Below, piece by piece: positions 24,515 to 36,719 of a stretch of 64,000 bases of DNA; positions within the stretch are counted from its first letter, which is position 1; the number at the start of each line of letters is the position of its first letter. The translations under genes and the position numbers were made by a program. The stretch is from Octopus bimaculoides (Eukaryota). The stretch is taken from the NCBI RefSeq assembly GCF_001194135.2, contig NC_069001.1:24555081-24619080 (forward strand), written 5' to 3'. The notes beneath the pieces were generated by a model. That model was given only the letters and a program-made list of their open reading frames with translations. It had not been told where the DNA came from and did not search any database.

Positions 24515-25940
24515 GTGAATCCCTAAAACTCGAGAACTACGCAACCAATTTCATTCAAATTTTACACATGCCTTACTTAGGGTTCCAGTTGTGTTTTAGT
24601 CAAACAAAATTATTAACTTCTTGCAGAGTTCGAGCACACGGCAACATAATATCTCCTCCACTATTTAAGTATTACGTGTCAAAAGGGAAACAAAAACACT
24701 CATGTCAAATACTTTCACTTTAAAAATGAAACTATTCCACTAACTGAAACAATCACATTTCGATACTGTAGTGACAGATACTTTCACACAGAGAAAGAGA
24801 GAAAGAGAGAGACAGAAAGAGAGAGAGANNNNNNNNNNNNNNNNNNNNNNNNNNNNNNNNNNNNNNNNNNNNNNNNNNNNNNNNNNNNNNNNNNNNNNNN
24901 NNNNNNNNNNNNNNNNNNNNNNNNNNNNNNNNNNNNNNNNNNNNNNNNNNNNNNNNNNNNNNNNNNNNNNNNNNNNNNNNNNNNNNNNNNNNNNNNNNNN
25001 NNNNNNNNNNNNNNNNNNNNNNNNNNNNNNNNNNNNNNNNNNNNNNNNNNNNNNNNNNNNNNNNNNNNNNNNNNNNNNNNNNNNNNNNNNNNNNNNNNNN
25101 NNNNNNNNNNNNNNNNNNNNNNNNNNNNNNNNNNNNNNNNNNNNNNNNNNNNNNNNNNNNNNNNNNNNNNNNNNNNNNNNNNNNNNNNNNNNNNNNNNNN
25201 NNNNNNNNNNNNNNNNNNNNNNNNNNNNNNNNNNNNNNNNNNNNNNNNNNNNNNNNNNNNNNNNNNNNNNNNNNNNNNNNNNNNNNNNNNNNNNNNNNNN
25301 NNNNNNNNNNNNNNNNNNNNNNNNNNNNNNNNNNNNNNNNNNNNNNNNNNNNNNNNNNNNNNNNNNNNNNNNNNNNNNNNNNNNNNNNNNNNNNNNNNNN
25401 NNNNNNNNNNNNNNNNNNNNNNNNNNNNNNNNNNNNNNNNNNNNNNNNNNNNNNNNNNNNNNNNNNNNNNNNNNNNNNNNNNNNNNNNNNNNNNNNNNNN
25501 NNNNNNNNNNNNNNNNNNNNNNNNNNNNNNNNNNNNNNNNNNNNNNNNNNNNNNNNNNNNNNNNNNNNNNNNNNNNNNNNNNNNNNNNNNNNNNNNNNNN
25601 NNNNNNNNNNNNNNNNNNNNNNNNNNNNNNNNNNNNNNNNNNNNNNGCTCAAGAGTGGGCAGCAACAAAAAACCTATTTGTATATGCTCCACAAGGGAAA
25701 ACAAGGAACATAGTTTACAACGAGGTGTTATAATCACAACAGCAAGAAAGTATGTACATGATCACCTTTTACGAAACTTCATTGACTTTCATATATTTAT
25801 ATTGATATACATATATATACGTGTGTTTGGGTGCGTGTGTGTATATACATCTCTCTATATAAAGATGATGCGTAGTCTAGACGGCGTTTTTAGATTTCAT
25901 TATTCTCTTTAACCCGGGCAACGCCGGGTATTTCTGCTAG
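24446..25940 (+). mobile_element. Non-autonomous Helitron (5' TC, 3' hairpin + CTAG), spanning an N gap
   Basis: 5' end A|TCTATATATATAAAAATGAGAATGTGTGTCTGTCTG with a (GTCT)n tract. 3' end hairpin ACCCGG-GCAACG-CCGGGT (25912-25929), then TTTCTGCTAG|T. Inserted between A and T. The two ends may belong to different copies because of the gap. Confidence 0.75.
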
Positions 25941-26036
25941 TATACAAATATAAATAAACTTATAATTAATACGCTGATAAGGAAGTATCTACGTGGTTCT
26001 TTACCGAGCTAGAAATAGTAACAATATTTCGACCAG

Positions 26037-26440
26037 AAGATAAGGCAGTAAGCTAGCAGAAGTGGCACGCCAGGCAAGATGCTTTGCAGCGTTTAATCTG
26101 TCTTACGACTTAACGTTCAAATTCTGTTGAGCTTGACTTTGTCTTTCATCCTTTTGGTGTCAATGTAATCGGCTTACCCCGCTCCCGAAATTCTTACTTA
26201 CCTTGAGCCATAGTATGAAACCGATATTCCAAAGAGAAGATAAGGCCTCGAGCTAGCAGAATCAGCACTTTGGGCAAGATTCTTAGCGGTAGTTCATCCA
26301 TCTTTGCTTTCTGAGTTCAAATTCCGCTGAGATTGACTTTATCTTGTCGATAAAATAAGCAGCATTTGAACACTAGGGTCAATGTAATCGACTTACCCCA
26401 CCCTTAAAATTGCTGCCCTCATGCCAAAAATTGAAACCTA
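26037..26440 (+). mobile_element. Two head-to-tail copies of SINE-like family 4 (~200-bp period)
   Basis: gaagataaggc...agctagcagaa...gggcaagat.ctt.gc.g...gttcaaattc.g.tgag.ttgacttt at 26037 and 26237. Confidence 0.8.
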
Positions 26441-26784
26441 TATCAGAAAGAGAACTCACTGAAAATTATATAAAGCTGTATAGAATATATCTGAAGTAAA
26501 TGATAACGGTTACAATTGGAATGAATTTAATAATCTTTCTTCTCACTTAGAGTGATTAAAAGCAGAATAACAGCAATATTTGTGCACTGAGACAGATGTG
26601 CATAACTGCCCTTTCTCATTTTCAGTCATAACATTTAATATATAATCCCTTTTGGGGGTTACATGTAACTAAATCTTAACACTGTCGCTTGGCTTCTGTC
26701 TATCTGAAGAAGGTCATTCTTTGTTAGAAGTATTCAGGCCAGGTCTTGCTGTGAAGGATAACTTCTTGCTATTAACCTGCATGC

Positions 26785-27270
26785 CCAACAACATGCTTAG
26801 CGGCATTTCGTCTGCGTCCAAATTACGCTGATGTCAGTTTTACCTTTCGTCCCTTTCAGGGTCGATAAGATGATACTACCATGCGTAATAATAAGCCCCG
26901 ATGTTTTATTCAAAGTCCTTTATGAACTTATGTTTTGCGTATTTAATTCACTATTTTAGGAAATGCAGACAACAGATTAATAAGGTTGTCATCGAGCTGC
27001 AGGGTCGATTTAAGCCACTTAGCTCCTCCCGCTCCCCGAAATTGCTAACCTGCCAACATTCGAAATCCTTATTCCACTTGTCCAAAGCAGCCAACTTGCA
27101 GAATGGTTAGCACGCCGGACCAAATGCTTTGCGACATTTACTCTGTCTTTACGTTGTGAGTTCAAATTTCATTCTTTCGGATTCAGTAAAAATACCTGTC
27201 AAATACTTGGGTTGATGTTATCAACTAGACTTCTCCCTAAAATTTCAGGACTTGTGCCTATTGTAGAAAG
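26785..27270 (+). mobile_element. Further degenerate family 4 fragments
   Basis: atgcttagcggcatttcgtc (26792), gggtcgatttaa...ctccccgaaattgct (27001), gcagaatggttagcacgccggac.aaatgc...gagttcaaattt (27100). Confidence 0.65.
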
Positions 27271-28479
27271 GATTATCCCACTAGTTTCAAAGGGCCTAAA
27301 ATTCGTTTCCTCCCTTGATTAAGCCTTAAAGAATTTAAAGCAATTTCTCTCGCTAGATAAATGCAGCTTATATAAAAAAAATAATCCTAAATTGTTACAA
27401 CAAAATTATTTTACAATAAAGAGACAGAAATGATAACCTTATCAATCTGTCGTCAGTATTTGCTAAAACAATGAGTTAAAGGACTTTGACTAAAACATCG
27501 GGCTTATCATTACGCATCGCAGTATCACTTTTGCTTGAATCACTTGAACTTATCCATTTCAATACAAGACAAAATAGGATCTGTTATTTCTTTTCAAATT
27601 CAAAATGAAAGTATTTGATCGATTGTGCATTGTCAAATATTTGTGATGTACTTATTGGCAAACGTACAAGCCTTTTAATTAATGTTTCTGTTGAATGATG
27701 AAGTCAGTTACTTTATTTCTCATAATCAGAGGAGTATCAATCAATGATTAATCAGCCATATAGATTGATGAACGTGATCTTTTTTTTATTTTCTGACATC
27801 ATATGAGCTAGTGCTAAATTCATATTTTGTTTTTATGGCTTCATCAAAGAACTAAGTACAATACCCGTAGCCTTTTGCAGGTCTACGAAAGTAATGTGTG
27901 AGGAGTAAAGAAGGAAATGTGACATATGGCTTCTGCACTATGAAGGAGCGTATCATAACGAAGTGTTATCATTCAAATTCAAGTCATAGCTTAAGAGCTC
28001 ACAGCAGAATAGATTTGCTACCGGCAATCAAGACAGTTGAGGGTTTTAAGGCAGGCGAAGACTAAGTCTACCAAACAAGAACAAGCGTAGTGTAGCAGCA
28101 CAAATTTTGTCTATTCATTTTCACTAGTAACGTTGCATAAAACGAAAATGTGTTTTTTTTTTTTATTAAATCATCACCATGTAAAATCGGTCTCCACACA
28201 AATGTGAAGTTAACATTGTACATGTCCTCCAACCGAAACTAAGATCAGCTATGAACAATGAACGTTTCGAAGATGAATTTGTGTTCGGATCCCCGGTATC
28301 TTCGTAGTTGGGCAACAAACAGTTTTGACACTGATATAAATGTCAGAAAAGCACAATTTGTACAGCATGTCACAAATAAAAGAGAATATGGAAGTCACGA
28401 CTATCAAAGAGAACACAAATCAAACAACTCCTTACCACTACTGATTCAGTGCTTTTGTATTGCATCGAAACATAGACAC

Positions 28480-28635
28480 ATAGGCACAGGAGTGGCTGTG
28501 TGGTAAGTAGCTTGCTTACCAACCACATGGCACCTTGGGGAAGTGTCTTCTACTATAGCCTCGGGCCGACCAAAGCCTTGTGAATGAATTTGGTAAACGG
28601 AAAGTTAAAAAAAGCCCGTCGTATATATGTATATA
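28480..28635 (+). mobile_element. SINE-like family 1, 5' half (host copy, small internal deletion)
   Basis: ataggcacaggagtggctgtgtggtaagtagcttgcttaccaaccacatgg-caccttgggg...aagcccgtcgtatat. Confidence 0.9.
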
Positions 28636-28890
28636 CTATTTACTATTTTACCTGTTTCAGTCTTTTGACTGTGGCCATGCTGGAGCACCGCCTTTAGTCG
28701 AGCAAATCGACCCCAGGACTTATTCTTTGTAAGCCTAGTACTTATTCTNNNNNNNNNNCAGGACTTATTCTTTGTAAGCCTAGTACTTATTCTACCGGTC
28801 TCTTTTGCCGAACCGCTAAGTTACGGGGACATAAACAAACCAGCATCGGTTGTCAAGCGATGCTGGGGGGACAAAAACACACATACAAAC

Positions 28891-28931
<41 letters not shown>

Positions 28932-29095
28932 CATATATACGACGGGCTTTCAGTTTCCGTCTACTAAATCCACTCACAAGGCTTTGGTCGGCCCGAGGCT
29001 ATAGTAGAAGACACTTGCCCAAGATGCCACGCAGTGGGACTGAACCCGGTACCATGTGGTTGGTAAGCAAGCTACTTACCACACAGCCACTCCTA
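28636..29095 (-). mobile_element. SINE-like family 1, full-length copy nested in opposite orientation
   Basis: Reverse complement runs taggagtggctgtgtggtaag... to ...actgaaacaggtaaaatagt; includes a small duplication across the 10-N gap at 28749-28758. Confidence 0.9.
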
Positions 29096-29214
29096 NNNNN
29101 NNNNNNNNNNNNNNNNNNNNNNNNNNNNNNNNNNNNNNNNNNNNNNNNNNNNNNNNNNNNNNNNNNNNNNNNNNNNNNNNNNNNNNNNNNNNNNNNNNNN
29201 NNNNNNNNNNNNNN

Positions 29215-29335
29215 AAGAGACCGATAGAATAAGTACTAGGCTTACAAAGAATAAGTCCTGTGGTCGATTTGCTCGACTACAGGTGGTGTTCCAGCATGGC
29301 CGCAGTCAAATGACTGAAACAAGTAAAGAGTACTT
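29215..29335 (+). mobile_element. SINE-like family 1, 3' end (continuation of the host copy)
   Basis: aagagaccgatagaataagtactaggcttacaaagaataagtcctg.ggtcgatttgctcgact...aagtaaagagt. Confidence 0.85.
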
Positions 29336-29344
29336 ACCAAACAA

Positions 29345-29655
29345 GCAAACAAGAGATTAGATGCCTGCTGCACCTGGATGCTACGAATGGACCTAGATGC
29401 GATATGACAGAAGAACATGGCCAACGACTTCGCACTGCATGTGGTATCGGAAAGAAGCGTCAAAACTTGTGCTCTGTGACCCACATTATGACATCGGCAA
29501 GCATTGGAGACAGTTTGACATTTGTCGACAACCTGAATGGAGACAAAAGCTTATATTCTATTCATGAACTGAAGGTGGTGATGAGGGATCGAGATGTTTG
29601 GTGACATGGCTCAGTCTTCGTGGACCCTGTGGGAGCCCAGCCAAAGTAAAGTGAG
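29345..29655 (+). mobile_element. Decayed RTE-clade LINE 3' fragment
   Basis: KRLDACCTWMLRMDLDAI*QKNMAN (cf. RLDGCYTRMLRMALN.SW..HMTN), ASKLVL.DP, LTFVDNL, ELKVVMRDRDVW, then an aagtaaagt-type tail. Confidence 0.75.
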
Positions 29656-30346
29656 AATACATATTATATTGTAATATATTATATACATGTTTGTGTGTAT
29701 GTGTGTGTTAGTGTCTATGTGTGTGTATGTATGTACGCATCCAACTGCATGTGAATTGTATCTATGAAATAGAGTATTGTCCCAAAGTTACACCACAGAG
29801 AAAAAAAGGAAGCACAATGCAAACCCTGAAGTTCAAAAAATGTTAGGTATTATTTTAAAAGAAGCAGATAATACGTAAACCAGAAAAAAAGGGTATTTAT
29901 CTAGAATATAGTTAGTATAATGAATACAAACTATCTATAGAAATAATTCTTTTTGTCTAAAGAAATATGAAATAAATCTCTAACGTAGTTTCGGAATAAT
30001 TATGTGATTATACAGTTATAAAACCTAGGAACAATAAGAAAATGGAGTCGATTCTCATAACTGCCTAAACCCAACATAGGTAAAACTCTCCCTAAGCCAC
30101 ATGACGTGTTACAACCAATGAAAAGTAATATGTCGGCCATCGTGTACTGGTTTCCTGTGCAGCGCCATCTGTTACTTATTTCTATTTACGCTTAAAGGTC
30201 GGAGTAACAACGGAATGAATGCCCTTCTTCGTACAAAAGAATATTCTCTGCAAGATAAATTTTTGTCTCCCTCCCATCTGCTAAACGTGTGTTTTTGGCA
30301 AACAGTTATGCACACACACACATATACACATACATAACTATGCAAG

Positions 30347-30379
<33 letters not shown>

Positions 30380-31176
30380 TGACACACTAATATGTGTACA
30401 TACATACACAAATATACAAATATATGTGTGTGTGCGTGTGTGAGACAGAGAGAGGGAGTTCGTTTGTGTGAAAGCGTGTGCATGCGTATATCTGTATGCG
30501 TTGTGCATGCTTATCCGTGTCATTGTAACTGTGTGTACATATATTAATCTAGCTCAGTATATTTCTAGAAATAATTATATCTACAGAGACAGTAACACAC
30601 AATATGTATAAAAGTGTATGCATACATGCAAACATACACGCATGCGTACATAAATATATGCATATATACATACCCTCTCTCTCCCTTCCTTTCTCTCTCA
30701 CACACACACACAAACATGCATGCATTTTTCTTTTGTCCGTTCCAAATCAATTTCTATGCCACTTCCTCGTGATGTCAACCGCTGATGTACATTGTGTAGA
30801 TAAACGCGTAAATGTTTTCACCTCAATAATATTTGAAGATGTCAATAAGTACAAAGACTTCTTGACATCTCTACGCAGTTACTTGTATTACATGTTCAAC
30901 ATTACGAGATCTTTATGCTTCCAAGTTGTTTAATTCACGGAAACAAAATCATAACACCGGCTACTGAATTTCTTCGTACACACTCTCCGTGATTAAGCCT
31001 TTAGCTTAATTACTTTGTCAATTACTCTGTCAAAAGCAATGCATATTTATTGTTTTAAATTAATAAAGAATCGTCTCATAGCTTCGAGATTTCGATAATG
31101 TTATTGTTTATATTTAGAACGATATGATAGGGCGCGTGTGAGAGGCTCGCTCTGACCTGTTTGATCATAAAGCTAG

Positions 31177-31318
31177 TAGGTGCAGACATAGTTACATGGT
31201 AAGAAGTTTGCTTTGCAACCACATGGTTCCTGGTTCGGTCCCACTGCGTGGCATAATGCCTCGCGCCTACAAAGCCTTGCGAGTAGATTTAGTCGACAAA
31301 AGCTGCAGGAAGCCCGTA

Positions 31319-31358
<40 letters not shown>

Positions 31359-31522
31359 AGAAAAAACAACAACAGACGAAGAAAGGCGATGTAGAAAACC
31401 ATCAAANNNNNNNNNNNNNNNNNNNNNNNNNNNNNNNNNNNNNNNNNNNNNNNNNNNNNNNNNNNNNNNNNNNNNNNNNNNNNNNNNNNNNNNNNNNNNN
31501 NNNNNNNNNNNNNNNNNNNNNN

Positions 31523-31564
<42 letters not shown>

Positions 31565-31968
31565 AGAAAAAACAACAACAGACGAAGAAAGGCGATGTAG
31601 AAAACCATCAAACGTATTAGTATAACGCACGGGAATTGAAAAAGTCTTTAACGTTTCGACCCTACGCTCTTCCTCAGAAAGGAACACAGAAAGAAACAAG
31701 GAGAGAAAAAAATGTGTGTAATATACTTACGTATGTATATCTACGTGTGTGTGTCTTTGTGTCTGTTTGTCCCGCTTCCACCGCTTGACAATTGCTGCTA
31801 GTGTGTTTACATACCTGTAAGCTAGCAGTTCAGCAAAAGGGAACGATAAAATAAGTAACAGGCTTAAAAAAGAAATACGGGGATTGAATCATACGACTAA
31901 AAATTCTTCAAGGCGGTGATCCAGTATGGCCGCACTCTTAATGACTGAAAAATAAAAGTAAAAAAGAT
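31177..31968 (+). mobile_element. SINE-like family 1 split by an insertion in its internal (TA)n
   Basis: 5' half at 31177-31322, 3' half at 31745-31968; unrelated sequence lies between. Confidence 0.8.
31354..31720 (-). mobile_element. Penelope-like terminal repeat fragment with minimal hammerhead-like motif (31644-31685)
   Basis: Minus strand reads CTTT-CTGAGGA-A-GAGC/GTAG/GGTC-GAAA-CGT-T-AAAG. Part of it is duplicated across the gap at 31406-31522. The Penelope assignment is an inference from the HHR-type motif. Confidence 0.5.
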
Positions 31969-32595
31969 AAAGCATAGAATATTTGGATCTGGATAGAGCC
32001 GGTTTGAACGTGAAAGGGTCAAAGAATCTCATTTACACGAACTAAAATTCCACTATTCACGTGTGCACCTATCTACTATATACGAGCTTGTATGTCTGTG
32101 TGTGGATGTCTTTGTTAGTATATGTCTGTGTGTATGTGAGTTTTTTTTTGTATTGTAGCATACACAAAATAACCGTAAATGCTATCCATTGTTACTCACT
32201 ATATTTTGTTTACTTCACTTCTATTCACTGTTCATATTGACTTTCTCTTGTGTGTATATTTTATGTATTATTTTTCTCTTGCTACTTGCTATTATTAGCA
32301 GTGCCATGATCATGAAATGCTCAATTTATTTGTGTCTGTTTCTGCTGCCTGCAAAGCAACTTTAATGGTGCGAGATTTGTCACATAGCAGACTTTGGTAT
32401 TAAAGCTGATAAAAGACAAACATATACATAAAAGACATTTATCAGCACATAGGCACACAAACTCTGCACCAATAAATCTTCAACAGTTCTCAATTGTAAA
32501 TATACGCTCTTATACATAAACGTATATCTATATACATACACACATACCTACACACTGCATTGAAACACACACGCACAAATATATCTACTTATACA

Positions 32596-32629
<34 letters not shown>

Positions 32630-32842
32630 NNNNNNNNNNNNNNNNNNNNNNNNNNNNNNNNNNNNNNNNNNNNNNNNNNNNNNNNNNNNNNNNNNNNNAG
32701 ACAATTCAGGAATACAAGAGGGAGAGAGAGATGGAGAAAGAGATAGACAAACAGAGAGACAACTAGATAGATAGATAGATAGACAGATAGATAGATATAT
32801 AGATGTACATATATATAGATAGATATGTATATATATTTACAT

Positions 32843-33200
32843 ACAGGGTTATTCAAATCGAATGGACCAATTTCATTACGCAATATTTTAATAGGGAAAA
32901 GCAATAGAAAACTCCAGTTAAGACACAAGTATTTACTCATTATCAACTTTCATTTCCTGTCTTACAAGTGTTCAATGTGGGGAAAGAAGGTATTTTTAAT
33001 AAACGCTACACATGTTTCTGCGCTGTGAGGAGTTTTGCATTTTGCATATCTTGCACATCTGTGTAGATGTACGAATGAAGTGGATTGCCAGTTCTTAGAC
33101 CTTGGGTTTATCCAGATGTTTTTGTCCGTTTGTTTCATTTGTAACGGTGTTTTTGTAACGATCATGTCATGCCTTTCACAAACCTGGATCTACAGCAAAT
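32843..33200 (-). mobile_element. Tc1/mariner-superfamily 3' end relic
   Basis: TA|CAGGG-type terminus (tacagggttattcaaatcgaatggaccaatttca); minus-strand ORF ends PHIEHL*, typical of Tc1-like transposase C-termini (G.HIEHL). The other TIR was not found. Confidence 0.45.
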
Positions 33201-33744
33201 AAAGATCATTCGAATGAATTTTTCCCTTACTGCCCATAAGACAATCAGAATTACGTTGTGCCATGATTAAAATAGTTAGAAATATTTGGAGAAAAGGAAG
33301 CGATCAATTCCCCAGAATTTACGTAGGAATGTAAAGATACATGTCTTAACACATTTCGTTAACAAATTTTATCAAGCAATCACAATAATAATAATATAGC
33401 TTATTCAAGATTCCTATAGTATACCGACGAACAGAAAATGCTTTCCACTATCTATTCTTTCATTATTCGGCTTTTCCTATTCTGGAAAATGTGTTTTTTT
33501 CTTACTTTCGGTTACTTTCGTCAGCAAGGTGTGTCTGAGACAACAATGTCACTGTTACGTTTTGACAGAGAGGACAACTAGAGCAGTTATCCATTTCAGT
33601 ATGTTACTATATACAGCATCCAATATATAAACACATGCGCACGCGCACATACACATGCACACGTGTGTGTGTGTGAGTATATATATATATATATATATAT
33701 CAAAAATAGAAGAAATCATAGAGTAACCTGAGATGAAGTGTTTT

Positions 33745-33830
33745 GTGAAAGAATAACGGACCACCCGGCCCGGAATCGAAAACACGATCTCACGATCTTG
33801 AATACAACTTCCTAACCACCAGGCCACGTG
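33745..33830 (-). mobile_element. tRNA-derived SINE head (family 2 type), degenerate
   Basis: Reverse complement gaggacacgtggcctggtggttagg...gatcgtgagatcgtgttttcgattccgggccggg has A-box-like and B-box-like motifs. Confidence 0.65.
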
Positions 33831-33840
33831 TCCTCAAATA

Positions 33841-33872
<32 letters not shown>

Positions 33873-35421
33873 CATATGTATGTATATATACGTGTGCATA
33901 TATGTATACACATATACATGCACACGATNNNNNNNNNNNNNNNNNNNNNNNNNNNNNNNNNNNNNNNNNNNNNNNNNNNNNNNNNNNNNNNNNNNNNNNN
34001 NNNNNNNNNNNNNNNNNNNNNNNNNNNNNNNNNNNNNNNNNNNNNNNNNNNNNNNNNNNNNNNNNNNNNNNNNNNNNNNNNNNNNNNNNNNNNNNNNNNN
34101 NNNNNNNTATATATATATATATATATATATATACATACATACATACATACATACATACATACATACATACATACACATATGTACATGCACACACACGCAC
34201 AGAAATATTATAAGATAGTTGGAAGTTAATAGAGAGCTATGAAATACATAATTTCCTTCCGAATTGTATTTTCTTTATTCTTTTGATATTTTGGGTGGTA
34301 TAAAGTCCATAATGGTAGTACTGAAGATACAATCTTAGAGAAAACATATTTGAAAACTATGTTCTCTCTGCACTTGTTATCTCTTCTACCCCGAGAGTTT
34401 TATCTATTATTTTTATGTTTACGTCAAGAAGTAAGCAATCTCATATATGGAACCAAATTGAAGATATCGTTTATCTATAACATTATTCTGTTACCGTACT
34501 ACTACGCAAGGTCTCAACAAAACTCAATACGATGTAATACATTCTTATATTGATATCAGAGAAAACGTGTATTGCGATGGTCGTGAACCTACAATACCTG
34601 TGAAGGATGTTAAAAATAAACGATATCACAGTGATATAGTTAAATGTGATATACACGCACATGCGCACACGCACTTGCACATAAATATTTATCTATACAA
34701 GTATGTACGTAACCATTATATATATATACGTATATATANNNNNNNNNNNNNNNNNNNNNNNNNNNNNNNNNNNNNNNNNNNNNNNNNNNNNNNNNNNNNN
34801 NNNNNNNNNNNNNNNNNNNNNNNNNNNNNNNNNNNNNNNNNNNNNNNNNNNNNNNNNNNNNNNNNNNNNNNNNNNNNNNNNNNNNNNNNNNNNNNNNNNN
34901 NNNNNNNNNNNNNNNNNNNNNNNNNNNNNNNNNNNNNNNNNNNNNNNNNNNNNNNNNNNNNNNNNNNNNNNNNNNNNNNNNNNNNNNNNNNNNNNNNNNN
35001 NNNNNNNNNNNNNNNNNNNNNNNNNNNNNNNNNNNNNNNNNNNNNNNNNNNNNNNNNNNNNNNNNNNNNNNNNNNNNNNNNNNNNNNNNNNNNNNNNNNN
35101 NNNNNNNNNNNNNNNNNNNNNNNNNNNNNNNNNNNNNNNNNNNNNNNNNNNNNNNNNNNNNNNNNNNNNNNNNNNNNNNNNNNNNNNNNNNNNNNNNNNN
35201 NNNNNNNNNNNNNNNNNNNNNNNNNNNNNNNNNNNNNNNNNNNNNNNNNNNNNNNNNNNNNNNNNNNNNNNNNNNNNNNNNNNNNNNNNNNNNNNNNNNN
35301 NNNNNNNNNNNNNNNNNNNNNNNNNNNNNNNNNNNNNNNNNNNNNNNNNNNNNNNNNNNNNNNNNNNNNNNNNNNNNNNNNNNNNNNNNNNNNNNNNNNN
35401 NNNNNNNNNNNNNNNNNNNNN

Positions 35422-35787
35422 TTTACGACGACGATGGTTCCAGTTGATCCGATCAACGGAACAGCCTGCTCGTGAAGTTAACGTGCAAGTGGCTGAGCAC
35501 TCCAAAGACACGTGTACCCTTAACGTAGTTCTCGGGGATATTCAGAGTGACACAGTGTGACAAGGCTGATCCTTTGAATTACAGGTACAACAGAAACAAG
35601 AAGTAAGAGTGAGAGAAAGTTGTGGTGAAAGAGTACAGCAGGGTTCGCCACCATCCCCTGCTGGAGCCTCGTGGAGCTTTAGGTGTTTTCGCTCAATAAA
35701 CACTCACAACGCCCGGTCTGGGAATCGAAACCGCGATCCTATGACCGCGAGTCCGCTGCCCTAACCACTGGGCCATTGCGCCTCCAC
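35422..35787 (-). mobile_element. tRNA-Arg-like SINE family 3
   Basis: Reverse complement gtggaggcgcaatggcccagtggttagggcagcggactcgcggtcataggatcgcggtttcgattcccagaccggg: A box TGGCCCAGTGG, B box GTTTCGATTCC; tail shared with 58563-58947. Confidence 0.9.
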
Positions 35788-35913
35788 CTCAAGGAAATTT
35801 AGCCTATCATAAAAGAAAACGATGTTGTATATTACCAATGCTAAGTTGTTTGGAATATCTTCTTTAAGGAGGGAAAAATGTGGATGATAATTTCAAAGCC
35901 CTAACATCTAGAG

Positions 35914-36149
35914 CAGTGGTTCTCAGCCATTTCTTACCCTTTGAATCCGATTTTAGTCAGATGGACCCTAATAACCATCATTTGATGTTTAAAAAATCCT
36001 ATTGTGGTTTTAGAATTAAATTTTATTAGGAATTGTATAAAAAAGTTGTTGATATATTTTGTACATTGTATAAGTATGACCAATTTATTTATATACATTT
36101 TACCAAAATGTGACAGGGATCCTCAAGAGGCATATGGAATCCACAACAG
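35914..36149. mobile_element. hAT (Charlie-type) MITE with 8-bp TSD
   Basis: Starts CAGTGGTTCTCAGCC; flanked by perfect direct repeats ATCTAGAG (35906-35913 and 36150-36157), the nTCTAGAn target typical of hAT-Charlie elements. Right TIR is eroded. Confidence 0.8.
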
Positions 36150-36719
36150 ATCTAGAGGAACATATACATTCCTCTGGAAATGAATGAGATGTATTAATAT
36201 TACAATTCAGATGTGGCTAGGAGCATTTTATGTGTGGAATCGAATGAATGGTACTGGTTTTAGGCTTATGAGAATCCGCAGTATTCATTTGGCTAATCAA
36301 CTGGGTTTATATATATGTGATACATCCATCATATTGGTTTCAGATTTTGGCGCAAGGCCAGCAATTTCGGGCGGGNNNNNNNNNNATATATATATATATA
36401 TATATATTTGTCCACACACACATATAGATAGATATGTGAGTGTGTGCTAGTGTGGATGTGTGTGAGTGCTTTCATGTGTCAATAATTTAAAATAATTATT
36501 CTCTAGCTGATTGCTTAACGAAACATATAATCTGTGTCTATAATAGATAACGTGGTCGATTTCTTACCACAAATATAGCGATATGTACCTAATCTTTAAG
36601 AGAATATTACATATACAATTATCCTTGAAGCTTAAAGTCCTACCAGCTAAAATAATTATGAGAGAAGTACTGTAGTGATGTAGAACGTTGCGCATGAATA
36701 CGCAAGGAAATTTGCTGTT

